Source: Geosiphon pyriformis uo1 (lineage: Eukaryota > Fungi > Glomeromycota). From it: DNA of 64,000 bases. Position 1 is the stretch's first letter. The number at the start of each line of letters is the position of its first letter. Where the stretch lies: positions 744,001-808,000 of the forward strand of contig JAAOMT010000303.1 in NCBI GenBank assembly GCA_016748015.1, in the 5' to 3' direction. The notes under the pieces were generated by a model, which saw only the letters and a program-made list of their open reading frames with translations, was not told where the DNA came from and searched no databases. Below, piece after piece: positions 14,155 to 27,008 of the stretch. A program made the position numbers and the translations under genes.

Positions 14155-16085
14155 TTTTTTTTATTTATTAATTCATTTAATGAGTTTAATTTAATTAGTA
14201 TTTAATATTAAAAAACAAATTAAATATTTTTAATAAAGTATAATTTACATATTTACTATATATAAAAAGTTATTTAAACTAGTTAAAATTATATTATATA
14301 TCTATAAATTTTGTAATATTATTATTTAAACTTGAAAAAAATAAATACATATGTTTATATTTAAATTAATTACAAAAGCTATATTAATTTTAAGCAAATA
14401 TATTATTTTATCAAAAAACTTATTTAACAGATTACATAAATTATAAAAAATTAACTTATTATTTATAATTAAATTATTATTTTTTATTATAATTTTATAT
14501 TTAAATATATATAACCAAATTCTGTTCTTAAATATAATATTAACTATTTTATAAAAGCAATTAATTTTGTAATAGTTATCTTAATATTATTAAATATCAA
14601 AGCTGTTTTTATTAACTAGTCTTTAAAAACAAAATTTTTATAAAAAACAATATATAAATTATTATTTAAAATATATAATAATACTATTTATAAAATTAAT
14701 AATAATAATAGCAATATACTCTTTACAGAAATTTAAAAGTTAGCAAGTTTTGTTAATATACTATATTTAATTTATATATAAACATATAATCTAAAAATTC
14801 AAGTTTCTTATAATATAAACAATAAACTTTAAGATGTTTTTTATTATAAAAATGCTTTTTAACTATAATAAACAACTGTTTATAAATTGTTTTTATTAAG
14901 TACATATATAAGACTACTAAAATTCTATTAATAAATTTAATAAACATATAAAAATTAAAATATTATACCAAAAAAATACAATTTTAATTAATAATTTTAA
15001 TTCTAAAACTAAAATACAATATACAACTTTGTAAATATTTTAAATAAAATATTGTAAATTTTTAAAAACAGCAACATTATTTATTAATAGAAATTTTTTT
15101 TAAATAAAAACCAAAAGAAAAATAAATAATAATATTAATTAAAACATTAATAATTTTATTGTTTAATATATTAATATAACTTTTAACTTTAAACCAAATA
15201 ATAATAATATTTTATTATAAATATAATTAACAATTTGTTTTTTTCTAATTTAATAGCAATTACAATTAAATAAAACTTAAAATATCTTAACAATACAAAA
15301 ATTAAAAATAATTTAATTATTAAAATAGATTACTATATTATTATAGACAAAAATATATTTAAAAAGCACAAAAATTGCTTATAGCTTAGCCAAAATTAAT
15401 AAAACTAGACCAAAAATCCAAATACTAATATTTATCTTTAAATTTTTAAAAAAAACCAAGGTATTATAAATAATATTATGTAAATTTAAATTTTTTAAAA
15501 AATTATCTATATAAATATTAATTATTTTTAACTTGGCTTTTGGTAAATACTTTTAAATTACTGAAAAACAACTTAATTTATGAATATTTTAACAATTAAA
15601 AATTTAATTAATAGTAAATAAAATCTTATACAAACTATTTTTACAAAAGTAATTAATAATAAATTCAAAACAAAAAAACACATAGCTTTAAAAATCTAAT
15701 TTTTTTTAGTAATAAAAAGTTTTTTAGTCAAAAATTCAATTATATTTATCAAAAAATTAATTATTAATATAAGACCAAATTTTTTTAACAACATTATAAT
15801 ATAAATCATACAAAATATTTAACATAAATATATTAATTAAGCAAAATACAAATATTAAATTATTTGTAAAAAATATGTTACAATCTAATAAAATTTTAAC
15901 TATTTTTATTAAGAAATTATTGATTAAACTAATATATAACTTAATAAAAAACCATAAAAATTCTTAAAAAATTAACTTAATACTTATAAATCTAAAAACC
16001 AATAATTAAATAAATAATTAACAATTTTTAAAACATTTAAAAAAACCAGAAATAATGTAATTTTATTTTTAAATTATATTTGTTT
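14155..16085 (-). mobile_element. Ghost LINE, piece 1 (3' end: tail, 3'UTR, C-terminus, RNase H)
   Basis: ORF 14753-14947 (LYMYLIKTIYKQLFIIVKKHFYNKKHLKVYCLYYKKLEFLDY) aligns with LHTYLIKTVHKRLLVVVQKRLYDKCYPSVLCLLCSGVEFSDH of LINE copy 2. Decayed stop and 3'UTR at ~14270-14300; tail at ~14155. Confidence 0.8.
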
Positions 16086-16782
16086 TTTTTGTTTTTTTTA
16101 ATAAGTGAGATTCAAATACTATCTAATACAATACATCAACTAAGTGATCTAAACTAGGCATAAATCATGTATTTTCTACATGTGACTAGCCACTTAGGCT
16201 AATTAGAACAACACTATATATCTATACAAATTGAAATCACACTATCTAAACCCGAAAAAAACTGACAAGAATTATGAAAACCAAAACTAATACTAAAAGC
16301 ATCAGCAATACTCAACAATTTAACTACACCAGCAGAAAACACCAAAGAAAGTCCAGACACCAAGACTGAAATAGATCCATCATGTGGAATTAATTCATTC
16401 TTCTCCATAAATGCCCAGTGTTTAACATAAGCCAACCAAACCTCCTCTTTGAATATAAGACCAAATCTGTGCACAAAGTTCACAACTGTCCAATCTGCAA
16501 TTTTAGAATCTTTAAAAATAGAAAGAGACTCCTGATATTAATTATTGAAGACAAAACTCTTGCTTAAAGTCACATATATGGCAACATTAGAAAAACAAAA
16601 ACTCAAACATTGTAATACACATGAGACCAAGTAAGACAAACCAAAAATCACTTTCTATTTAACTATATAGATGTTCAGCTACTGAACACAAACATCAGAA
16701 TTAAACAAACAGGAGAAAGTATGGTCTAAGACCTTAATATTTTCACAAAATAAACAAACCACACTTGAATAACTCTTGGCAT

Positions 16783-17652
16783 TGTTACAAGTGACTATTT
16801 CTGGTGTTGGATTAAATAACAAACTCATAACTTGATGCTCAAATCTAGTTGCAGTTGATAGTAATCTGAAGGTTTGTGTCTGAAAGGTCTGTATTCAAAA
16901 GGTTTGGTTGAGTTCTTTGTATAATGGACAGAGATTCAATGGTAATAGTTTTATCTATAGCTTCCTGAAATCGCAGTTTTATCAATTTTTTTCTCAGCTT
17001 AATGGCCGGTATTTCTTCTGGTAAGCTATCCTCAATCGAGTGTTCTACCCTTATTTCTGAGTCTTTTACCAGTCACATTTATTCTGATGTCAGTACCCTG
17101 CATGTTAATCCTCAATAGAGTTAGTAAACAACAATAAAATCAAAGCAAGAAATAAAAAAAAAAAAGAAAATAAAGAAAGAAAAGAAATAAGCCAAGGTGA
17201 TTTGCAAGTTAATATTTCATCAATAACCATAATCAAGAGCTATTGTTCCAATGTAGTTAAGTATCAATTACTATCAACATAAAGTGTTGATAGTGGCAGC
17301 AGGTTTGAGATAACAAACAGTTATTTATTTGTGGTTTGGAAAGTTGTCTAGATGAAATCTAAACTGAGAGGTCTGTCTTTTTAATTTCTAATCCTACTAT
17401 TATATATACATAATTAAGATTTCTCAATTTCTCAATTCTTCACAACAGGAATCCTGGGATTTTTGGAATCCTGCAATTCCTTTGAGAAGAATCCTGGAAT
17501 TTTGGAATCCTGCGATTTCTTGTAAGAATTCTGTAATTCCTGAAATTCTGCAATTCCTGAGAGGAATCCTAGAATTCCACATTTTACTATGTCTACTTTT
17601 GATTGGTTAATAACTATGCTAATATATATTCCCTATATTTCTATGAGTAACA
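16783..17652 (-). repeat. Gypsy-B 3' LTR
   Basis: Direct repeat of 26133-27008 with TG...CA termini; the differences are mostly transitions. Confidence 0.97.
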
Positions 17653-17667
17653 TTATTCCCTCTTTTT
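17653..17667 (-). promoter_or_regulatory. Gypsy-B polypurine tract
   Basis: Minus strand AAAAAGAGGGAATAA immediately before the 3' LTR. Confidence 0.9.
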
Positions 17668-18295
17668 AATATTGAGCTCTGTTGAAATCTAACTCTGTTA
17701 ATTCCCCTTCTTAAAGTATTTCCTGAATTTCATTTTCAAGAATTACTTGTGTTATTTGAGTCTGTAATTCTTCAAATTGAGTGTTGGTGATCTTTCTTAA
17801 TTAATTACTAGTAACTGTATCCATTGCTTTGTTGAGTAAGATTTCTGGTCGATCCTGAAATGCTATATGTATTCAGTATATGGCTTGGGCCTATGTAGAT
17901 AAGTTGTTCTTTTCCACAAAATATTCTAATTGTTGTAGTATTCTTGTGTCAAATAATCACTTTGTTTTATCTGTATATAGATTCTGGATATTCATGTGTT
18001 GTCCCAAGTAAAAATAACAATAGTTTCTTGGAAATTATTGTATCCACCAATTCCAAGTTTCTTTAGTCAACTCTTGGTATAGTGACTCTTTTGTCGACTC
18101 TTTTATTGCTAATTTTACTTTCGCAATGATTTTGTCAATGGTATTTTCTGTTTTCTTCTGTGTTCTATGTGGCAATGTCTTTTTAGTGTCTTGATATCAG
18201 ATGGTTTGTTGATTAATTGTAATTTCTATCTCTTGGTGTTGAATTAATTAAAAGAGTTGTTGTGCTAGTGAGTGGATGTTGTCTGTAATTTCCAT
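17666..18295 (-). pseudogene. Gypsy-B ORF3, ~209-aa protein of unknown function in the env position
   Basis: Single frame from ATG 18295 (or 18325) to TAA 17666, with internal stops of the C>T type. Reads MEITDNIHSLAQQL..FPRNYCYFYLGQHMNIQNLY..DFNRAQY*. Homologous to Gypsy-C ORF3. Confidence 0.8.
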
Positions 18296-18349
18296 TTTTC
18301 TGATATTTTTTGTCACATCTACCATGTCTTTATATATTCTTTTGATGAA

Positions 18350-19732
18350 TTAATTTAACGTGTTGTTGTCAATGATGATGATTGGTTCCAGATCTTGTGG
18401 AATCTCCTCTGGTTGGACTAGTATCTTCTGTACTCCTAATTGTGGAATATTACTGGTGAATGGTAGTGTGATGTTGTGGTATAGTTTCAGTCAATTTCTA
18501 TGTGCTGCTTTGATTAAGATTTTGTTATCCAGTCTTAATTTGTAAGCCCCATTCCCTAGAATTTCTTCTATGTGAAATGGTCCATTCCATTTGGGGTCAA
18601 ATTTTCCACTCCATTGTTTTTCCACTTTGGTATGATGTAAGAGTACTTTGTCTCTAATCTTGAATTCAACTGGTTTGTCTGGTAGTTGATTATTATGTCT
18701 TTTTTTCTGTTTCTCTTGTGACTTTTGTATATTATCAACTGCTCTTCTTTGTTTGTTTTCCAATGTTTCTATTAAGTCATATGTTCTTTTTAACAATGTC
18801 TTTTAGAAATTTTCTTCTGTTATTGGTTCAATTGGATATGTGTTAATCTCTATCTCAACTGGTAATGTTGCTATTCTACCGTATATCAATTCAAATAGTG
18901 TTACTTGTGTGGTGTCTTGCTTCATTGTCCGATAAGCAAATAATACTGATGGTTTAAACAAATTCCATTCGTCCTGGTTTTTTTGGTTGAGTTTTGCTAT
19001 TGCTTTACATAATGTTCTATTAAATCTTTCAACTAATCCATTGGTTTGTGGATGGTATGGTAATGATAGTGGTCTCTTAATTCCGAATCTTTGGCTTAGT
19101 TCTGCTAATGTTCTATTTACAAAATGGGTTTCTTGGTCTGATAATAGTTCTTTTGGACATTCATGTCGACAAATCAGATCTTGATGGACAAATTCGGCAA
19201 TGGATTCTGCATCCGCTCTTTGAATTGCTTTGGCTTCTGGCCATTTAGTAAGATAGTCCATGGCTACTGCGATATATTTGTTGCCTCTGCTAGTAATTGT
19301 CAATGGTCCAACTAAATTGATTCCAATACAGTCAAATGGTCATCTCATTTTAATTGGTCTCAATGGTTTGCTGGGTCTTGTTTCTTCTTTTCTTTAACAA
19401 GCATCACAATTTTGCACATATTGGATGATGTCTGGATATATTAATGGCCAATAGTATTTTTTTCTGGTTTTTTTCATGGTTGCTTCTCTATGAAAATATC
19501 CTGCAGTTGGATCTGAGTGCATGTTGAACAGTATTGTCTCTTTTTCTGGTTTTGTAATTACTCTGGTTGGTTGATCTAAATCTTTTCTATTTTTCCAATA
19601 AAGTATATTTTGGTGAGTAATAAAATATTTGGATTGTTGTTTGATTCTCTTTTGTTCTGGTTGAAATAATTTCTCCTTGAACTGTTGAGTATATATATAA
19701 TGTTGAAGTTGTTAATATTTTTGTGTATTCAT
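18350..19732 (-). pseudogene. Gypsy-B integrase, separate ORF
   Basis: ATG 19732 (MNTQKY) is in frame with the HHCC region, the DDE core (LLSDQETHF, YHPQTNGLVERFN) and the GPF motif (KWNGPFHI). Stop at 18350. Confidence 0.88.
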
Positions 19733-19793
19733 CTTTTGTTATATTTTTATGAGTATTGTTTTGGTTTTGTTATATTTTTGGGTTGAAATGTTC

Positions 19794-22700
19794 TTAGATT
19801 TGTCTCATTCGCAACAAATCATCAGCATTTCCATTGTCTTTTCCTTTTTTATAATGTATGATATAAGTATATGTCGAAAGAGCCATTTTCTATCTTGACT
19901 GTCTTTTGTCTCCAAATTTTTGTTTTTGGAGTGATGTCAATCCTTTGTGATCTGTGTACACCTCAAACTTTTGGCTCAAGTATTCTTTCCATTTCATAAC
20001 TGCCCAATAGATTGCTAGATGTTCTAATTCTGGTGTTCCATAGTTCTTTTTGGCTGGAGTCAAACCTCGGCTGGCATATGTGATTAGATGTTCTCTTCCA
20101 TTCAATCCTCTCTGAGATAGTACTACTCCCAATGCTTGACTTGATCCATCAGTGGTAATAATGAATGGTTTACTATGATCTGGATAGATCAATACTGGGA
20201 CTTGAATAAGCTTTTTTTTCAAGATGTCAAATGCTTCTTGCTGGGTTTCAGTCTATTTGTACTTTGTATTTTTGGTTTGAAGATTATTGAGTGGTTGTGC
20301 TATTTTTGAAAAGTTCTTTATAAAGTATCTATAATAGTTCATGAATCCCAAGAATGATTTCAGCTCAGTTATGTTGGTTGGTATTGGAAAGTTTTTTACT
20401 ATTTCTATTTTTTTCAGATCTGTTTTTATGCCGTCTTTGCTAACTATGTGTTCAAAGAATTTTAGTTTTGTTTTGCCAAAAAAATACTTTGTTGCATTCA
20501 ATTTTAATCCTGCTTGTCATAGTCTTTTGAACACTTGTTGGAGATGACATAGATGATCATCAAATGTTTTTGAGAACACATTGGTGTCATCCAAGTATAC
20601 AACTACTGATTTCCATAATAAGCTGGTATACACAATTTCTATTAGCCATTGAAATGTAGCTGGAGCATTAGTTAAGCCAAATGGCATAACTTCAAACTCA
20701 AAGTTTCCCTCTCTTGTGGTGAACACCATTTTTTCTTTGTTGGCTGGATCCATAGCTACTTGCCAATAACTACTATCCAAGTCTAATGTTGAGAACCATT
20801 TGTTTCTACCGAAAGTGTCAAATAATTTTTGTATCCGTGGAGTTGAATAGCTGTCTTCACGAATTACATCATTGAGTTTCCTGTAGTCTACACAAAATCG
20901 GATTTTTCCATTCTTCTTACAGACAAGTACTACTGGTAACAACCATGGGCTCATTGATGGCTAAATTAATCCATTGTCAAGCATTCAGTTGATCTCTTAA
21001 TGAATGATTTCATGGCTGGCTAGTGGTACCTTATATGCTTGCTGTTTAATTGGCATTGCATCTCCAGTTTTGATCTGATGCTGGATAATATCAGTTCTGC
21101 CAAATTCGTTTTCACTGGTGAAGATGTCATTGAAATTATTGAGTAACATCTTTAGTTGCATCTGTTGAAGTGAGTCTAGATTTCCCATGTTCATCTGTTC
21201 CAATTGTTCTGGCTGTAACAGATAACATTTGTTTTGTCCATAGATGGTTTGTGATGTAATGTCCACATATCTACAAAGCTGTAGAAAATCTGGAATGTTG
21301 CTTGGTGCTTGATCTTCAATTTCTATGGTTAAATATCCGAGAGTGGTTCCTTCTGGTATCTCTACAACATTTCCAGTGTTGTTGTAGATGGAAATTTTGA
21401 TATGGTTATGGCTCTTGGCTGGTATGTGTAGATTGATAAGTCCAATTTCTTCTGATTCACAAAGAGTTGCTTCTGCTTCAAAAATCTGTTCTTTGCTCCT
21501 TCTCTCTCCTTTCTATTGCTAACATGTATTGGCTATATGATGGAATGGAAATTGTTTGACTAGTTGAGATAATTTCTCCTTGGCCAATAATTTCTTCCTC
21601 TACCATATTGACTAGTACATCTATTCTATCCATTGATCCAAATCCCTGTATCTCTCTTGTTGTTATCCTTAATTCTTTTCTATTTTCCACTGAAATTAAT
21701 TAAGCTATTTTCACCAGAGGCAAAAATATTGCCTGTGTTATTCTTTCATTTGGCTCTATAACATAGGCCTTTTCTAAGTCATTTTGTAGCATAGCAATGA
21801 TATTTTCTACATATTCTGCATCAATTATTCCTCCTCTGATGTTTATTCTCTTTTTCACTAAACTACTCCTAGATGCTAATTGAACTATTGTTGTTGCTGA
21901 AATTTCCAGTGCTATTTTCAGATCAATGCAAGTGCACAAATGGGGTTCCAATTTGATGGCATTTTTTTCTGGATATCTTAGATCAAATCCTGCATCAGTA
22001 TTATGTGCACGTTCTGGTATGATATCTTTATCATTATCACTGAACCATTTCAGTTCTTGCTTCTTGGTAAGATTAGAGAGTGCAATATATTGTTCATAGT
22101 TTGAATCAGAGTTTGAATCAGAGTTGGAATCATTGTTATAGCCATTTTGAACAGAGCTGGAATCATTATTTTTGTTATTGTTGTTGTCAGAGTTTGAATT
22201 GGGATTGGAACTCGATTCCAATTCTGATGTGCAGCTGTTGATTGGTTTTTCTTCTTCAGATATTATGTAGATCATGTATGGTGGTGGATTGTAGATAAGA
22301 TCACAATCATCACAGAATTAAAAGTCACATGGAATTAAACAGTGGTTACATAATTGGATGTTGATTTCTTTCAAGCGTTGCTTTTGTTTTTTTCTCGTGG
22401 GTGCTAGATTCTGATAATGTTTATGGAATTCTTCTGGGCTGTTTTTTAAGTCAATAAAGGCATCTGGGTTAAGAACCAAAACAATGTCTATTGGTTCTAG
22501 AGGGTTATTCTTGATCTCCAAAATTTTATTAGGCAAAGTGTCTTCTACTTTGGCATTGGCCATTCGCCAGATCTCATCTTTGTCATGTGGATAGTCATCT
22601 AGATAGGATATAGCTCAGTGCCATACTGTTGTAATGGGCATACCACGACTCATCTAGTTACTAATGAGGATTGTGTATTGGCACAAAGCATCACACATTC

Positions 22701-25700
22701 CTCTTTAACCAGGAATGTTATTCCACATTCCTTCATCGAGTAATTGTTCGTCACAAGTGAGACATGGTTTGTTGTTCTACTTGTCTTGTCTTTTTGGGTA
22801 GCCATATTGTTCCCTATGATAGGGCTTGCAATAGTAATGAGTTCATGTCCAGTAGTCTTTGTCTGGTGCTATTCAAGCTCCCATTAAAGACAGTTTTTTC
22901 CTACAGTCCTTGCATTTGAGAGATATATATGGCAGCTTTTTTATTGGTTCACATGAGTATTCCCTTTCCCAGCTACTAGTTATTTCTTCTGTAGTGATGG
23001 TTTCTTCAGATATGTTTTTTTTCCTTCTTTTCCCTTTTTTCTTGTTCTTTTTTTCCCAATCTAGAATTGGTAGCATCTCACTTTAATTGTTGTCAGTCCA
23101 AACATTGATGGTGGCTTTCCAAGTAGATTTTTCTCTTTGTTTTTTCTTTCTGTTGTCGTTGTTGTCCCAGGCAAGTATTGGCAGCAGTTTGTTGTGGTTA
23201 ATGTCAATTCACGAGACTTGGTATGCTTCCCAAGTGGGTTTCACTTTTTCTTCCTCAAATTCAATAAGTGGTGTTGATAGTGTGGTGATGGGCTTGAAGT
23301 GGCCACACATGGCTGGTACTTAGGTGTGTTGACTGTTCTGGCTAAGCTGGAGCTCTTGGGTGTTCCAATCTAGGGTCACATTGGTTTTGGACAGTCAATT
23401 ATTCCCAACAAGTGCTTAATATTGAGTGACTTTCATAATGAGTACTTTGATTGGTACTATGATGCCATTGACTTCTATGGGGAAATCATTAATCTCTCCA
23501 ATGGGTGTTTTGGTCGCTCCATTGGCTGTAATAATCCTGGTGCTGGCAGTGCAATCAACTTGGCGACCTAATTGATCCATAAATTGTCTTGTGATGATGC
23601 TACCAGCTGATCCACTATTTAGAATCAGTTTGATGGAGTAACTATTAACTTTCACATCAGTGTACATTGTGGTGATGGGTTTCTCTTCGAGTGCTGCTTC
23701 ACTAAACAAAGGTGGGTTGATGGTTTCCTCCAATTCGAAAGAAAAAATGGCTGCAAGAGATTTGTTTTCAGTAACTGTTGCTGGTGGAATATTGTTGGTG
23801 AGTGTTGTTTGGGGTGGGTTGAATTCTGAGTTGTTGGTGGTGGCATCTTCTGGGGTAACCAGGAAACTTAAATAGTTCTAGGAATTTGAGTTTTGGGTAG
23901 AACCAGTATCTGGATTCCACTGTTGAGAACCTGATGGTTGGTAAGAGGAGCTGGAGATCAGTTGATAAACAACTATCGCTGATCTCCAGTTTTGAGTGAT
24001 TCTAGGTCTTGGGTTTTCTGATGTCATTTGAGTGGGGTTTTGGAGTGGTGTTTGAATTGGTTGTTGGGGCTGATAAATTATTTGGGCTGTGGCTAATAAA
24101 TTACCAGTGGCTGCAGTTGATAAATTGGAGGTTGATATACTGGTGGTTGATAGATTAGTTGCTGCATTATTGGCAGGTAAGTGGTTTAATATTGGTCTTG
24201 ATTTGGGTAGTAATTCTGAGTCTGAAATTTGCGATCAGAATTTCGATATTGATTTCCCGATCATGGATTATTGCTATAAAATTGACAGTTGGCTCTAATG
24301 TGATCTTGTTTACTACAGTTGTGGCAAACATGCATTTCTGGCTGTCATGGCTAATTGGGTAATGATGATGATGATGATGTTGATGGACATGGCTGATTTT
24401 GGAAATGATTTGTGTTTCCTGAATTATTGCGTTGTTGTGGTGGTTGATAGATTGCACAATTGTTAGCTAAGTATCCCTTTAGTTTTTGATTGATTGTATC
24501 ACTGAATTGTTTTAGTTTGGAATCCAAATCAGATGATCCATTCATCACTAAATTTACAGCTTGAGTGTGGTTGGCTTCTAGCTTGGCTGCTTCAAAATCT
24601 CTGGCATGGGTAATGGCAGTTGGAAGGTCAACTAGATGCATTGGACATACTTGCTGGAGGATGCTACTGTACAATCCTCTAATAAACTGGTTCAAGATCT
24701 GTGGCGCTGTAAAGTAATTAACTTGGATTGCCTAAATTTGGTGCAGATTTCTATGGAAGTGTCCCAAGTAAGTAGTGACTGCTTTTGTGTCTTCTTGTTT
24801 GATGGTGGTAAATGTGTTGGTCAAGCAATTAATATTATTGTTATCACTAAAGTATCTCAAGAATTCTGTTTTGAACTCATTGAAGATTTGTGGTTTGGCA
24901 GCTAGACTCTGATACCATGAGTCGGTGGTATCTTTGAGAAAATAGGAAATTGCTTGAAAAGCTCTACTATTGTTCCATCTATTGGCCACTATGGCTTTTT
25001 CAATGTTATTGAGCCATATTTGGGTGTTATTCTTTTCACCAGTAAAATTGTCAAGTTTTGCGATTGGTATATAGGCCATTGAATCTAAGTTGGGTTGTTG
25101 TAGTAGTAGTTGAAGTGGTTGTTATTGCATGGATTGTTGGAGTGGTAGTTGAAGTGGTGGTTGTAGGGGTTCGGCTATTGAATTAATTGGTGGTTGATTG
25201 ATAATAATTACTGGAGGTAAGTTTTATTGATTTATTAAATTGGGGTTTCAATTATCCTGAGTTGGCGGTATCTGAATATTCGAAGTTTCGATTTCTGGAT
25301 TTTCTGGGTTTAAATTTTGCTGGGTTTGAAGATTCAGGGTTTCAAATTCAGGGTTTTCAGCAATTGGGTTTTGGTAAGTGAATTCTTGATCTTCAGCTTC
25401 TTTTTCTTTCTTTTTTTCTGATTCCGTTACTTCTCACAGATCAGAAATTCTGAAATCTGGGGGAGACAGTGGCAATCGGAGTCCTAATGACATTGATGAT
25501 CATGAGTTAAATCCTTCAAAAATATGTGCTGTATAGTCCTAATAACTCTGTTTTCCTTTGTTTACTTTGAAATGGGAATTGTCCAAATGCTAATGTCATG
25601 TTTAATGTGGTCACACCAGTAGATGTAATATTAATGGTGCTTCCAGGTGTATAGTGATATGATGGATTAGTTGGGGACTCAACTTTTGTTTTCTTCCAAG

Positions 25701-26073
25701 TAGGTGGTTGTATTCTTTTGGATGTTACTGCTGGTGTTTGCAGTTTTTCTTTGCCTTTGCTCACATAAGTAATGGGGTATCTTTGCTGTGTGTGGTATTC
25801 AATTTTTTTGTTGATTTCCATGATGATGAAGGCAAAATTGTGATTTGTTGGCAGGTTGGTATTTTGAATTAATTCACTGTAAAAGGCTTCTCTTGCTGAT
25901 TTGATATTTACTGGTGTTTCTAACAAATAGGTAATTCTTTTGTTGACATAGAAATTGAAAGCTGATTCTACTAATATGTGGTTGTAATTTAATCCCAAAT
26001 GTTGACAGTAGTGTTGAAATAAAGATTTTGTAAATCCTAGATAGTTTGCTTCTATGTTTTCTGATTCTGCCAC
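19794..26073 (-). pseudogene. Gypsy-B Gag-PR-dUTPase-RT-RNase H polyprotein (stops and frameshifts)
   Basis: Capsid-like Gag 24351-25079; protease LILNSGSAGS (decayed DSG); dUTPase DAGFDL/SRSSL/GGIIDAEY; RT FCVDYRKLN, MPFGLTNAPATFQ, YLDD; RH TDGS..YASRGL..ELEHLA..YTDHK. Ends RMRQI* at 19794. Confidence 0.93.
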
Positions 26074-26113
26074 TTTTAGATTTGTGTTGGTGCTGGTTCT
26101 CTGTAAGATTATA

Positions 26114-26130
26114 CCTCACAGGGAGCACCA
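26114..26130 (-). promoter_or_regulatory. Gypsy-B primer binding site
   Basis: Minus strand TGGTGCTCCCTGTGAGG, 2 nt after the 5' LTR. Complementary to a tRNA 3' end ...CCUCACAGGGAGCACCA, which resembles elongator Met or Ile(UAU). Confidence 0.88.
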
Positions 26131-26132
26131 AA

Positions 26133-27008
26133 TGTTACAGGTGACTATTTCCGGTGTTGGATTAAATAACAAACCTGTAACTTGGTGCTCAAATCTAGTT
26201 GCAGTTGATAGTAATCTGAAGGTTTGTGTCTAAAAGGTCTGTATCCAAAGAGTTTGGTTGAATTTTTTGTATAATGGACAGAGATTCAATAGTAATAGTT
26301 TTATTTGTAGCTTCCCAAAACCACAGTTTTGTTAATTTTTTTCTTAGCTTGATGGTCAGTATTCCTCCTGGTAAGCTATTCTCAATCAAATATTCTACTC
26401 TTATTTCTGGGTTTTTTACCAGTCACGTTTATCTTGATGTCAGTACCCTGTGCATTAATCCTCAATAGAATTAGTAAACAACAATAAAATCAAAGCAAGA
26501 AATAAAGAAAAGAAAATAAAATAAAATAAAAAAAGAAAAAAAATAAGCCAAGACAATTTGCAAGTTAGTATTCCATCAATAGCTGTGATCAAGAGCTATT
26601 GTTCCAGTATGGTTAAGTATCAATTACTATCAACATAAAGTGTTAATAGTGGCAGCAGATTTGAGATAACAAACAGTTATTTATTTATGGTTTGGAAAGT
26701 TGTCTAGATGAAATCTAAACTGAAAGGTCTGTCTTTTTAGCTTCTAATCCTACTGCTATATATACATAATTGAGATTTCTCAATTCCTCAATTCTTCACA
26801 ACAGGAATTCTGGGATTCCTAGAATCTTGCAATTCCTTTAAGAAGAATCCTGGAATTCTGGAATCCTGTGATTTCTTGTGAGAATCCTGGGATTCTTGGA
26901 ATCCTGCAATTCTTGAGAGGAATCCTGGAATTCCACATTTTACTATGTCTACTTCTGATTGGTTAATAACTATGCTAATATATATTCCCTATATTTCTAT
27001 GAGTAACA
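26133..27008 (-). repeat. Gypsy-B 5' LTR
   Basis: Direct repeat of 16783-17652. Confidence 0.97.

Larger units (their letters stand above)
16783..27008 (-). mobile_element. Gypsy-B: full-length, inactivated Ty3/Gypsy LTR retrotransposon
   Basis: Two ~870-bp LTRs with TGTTAC...GTAACA ends, 4-bp TSD GCAT (16779-16782 and 27009-27012), PBS, PPT, and domain order Gag-PR-dUTPase-RT-RH-IN. Confidence 0.97.

Noticed and set aside
17666-18295. Classical env gene
   Set aside because: Too short, with no visible signal peptide, furin site or transmembrane anchor.
26805-26934. CRISPR-like array
   Set aside because: Short degenerate tandem units with no unique spacers, inside a eukaryotic LTR.
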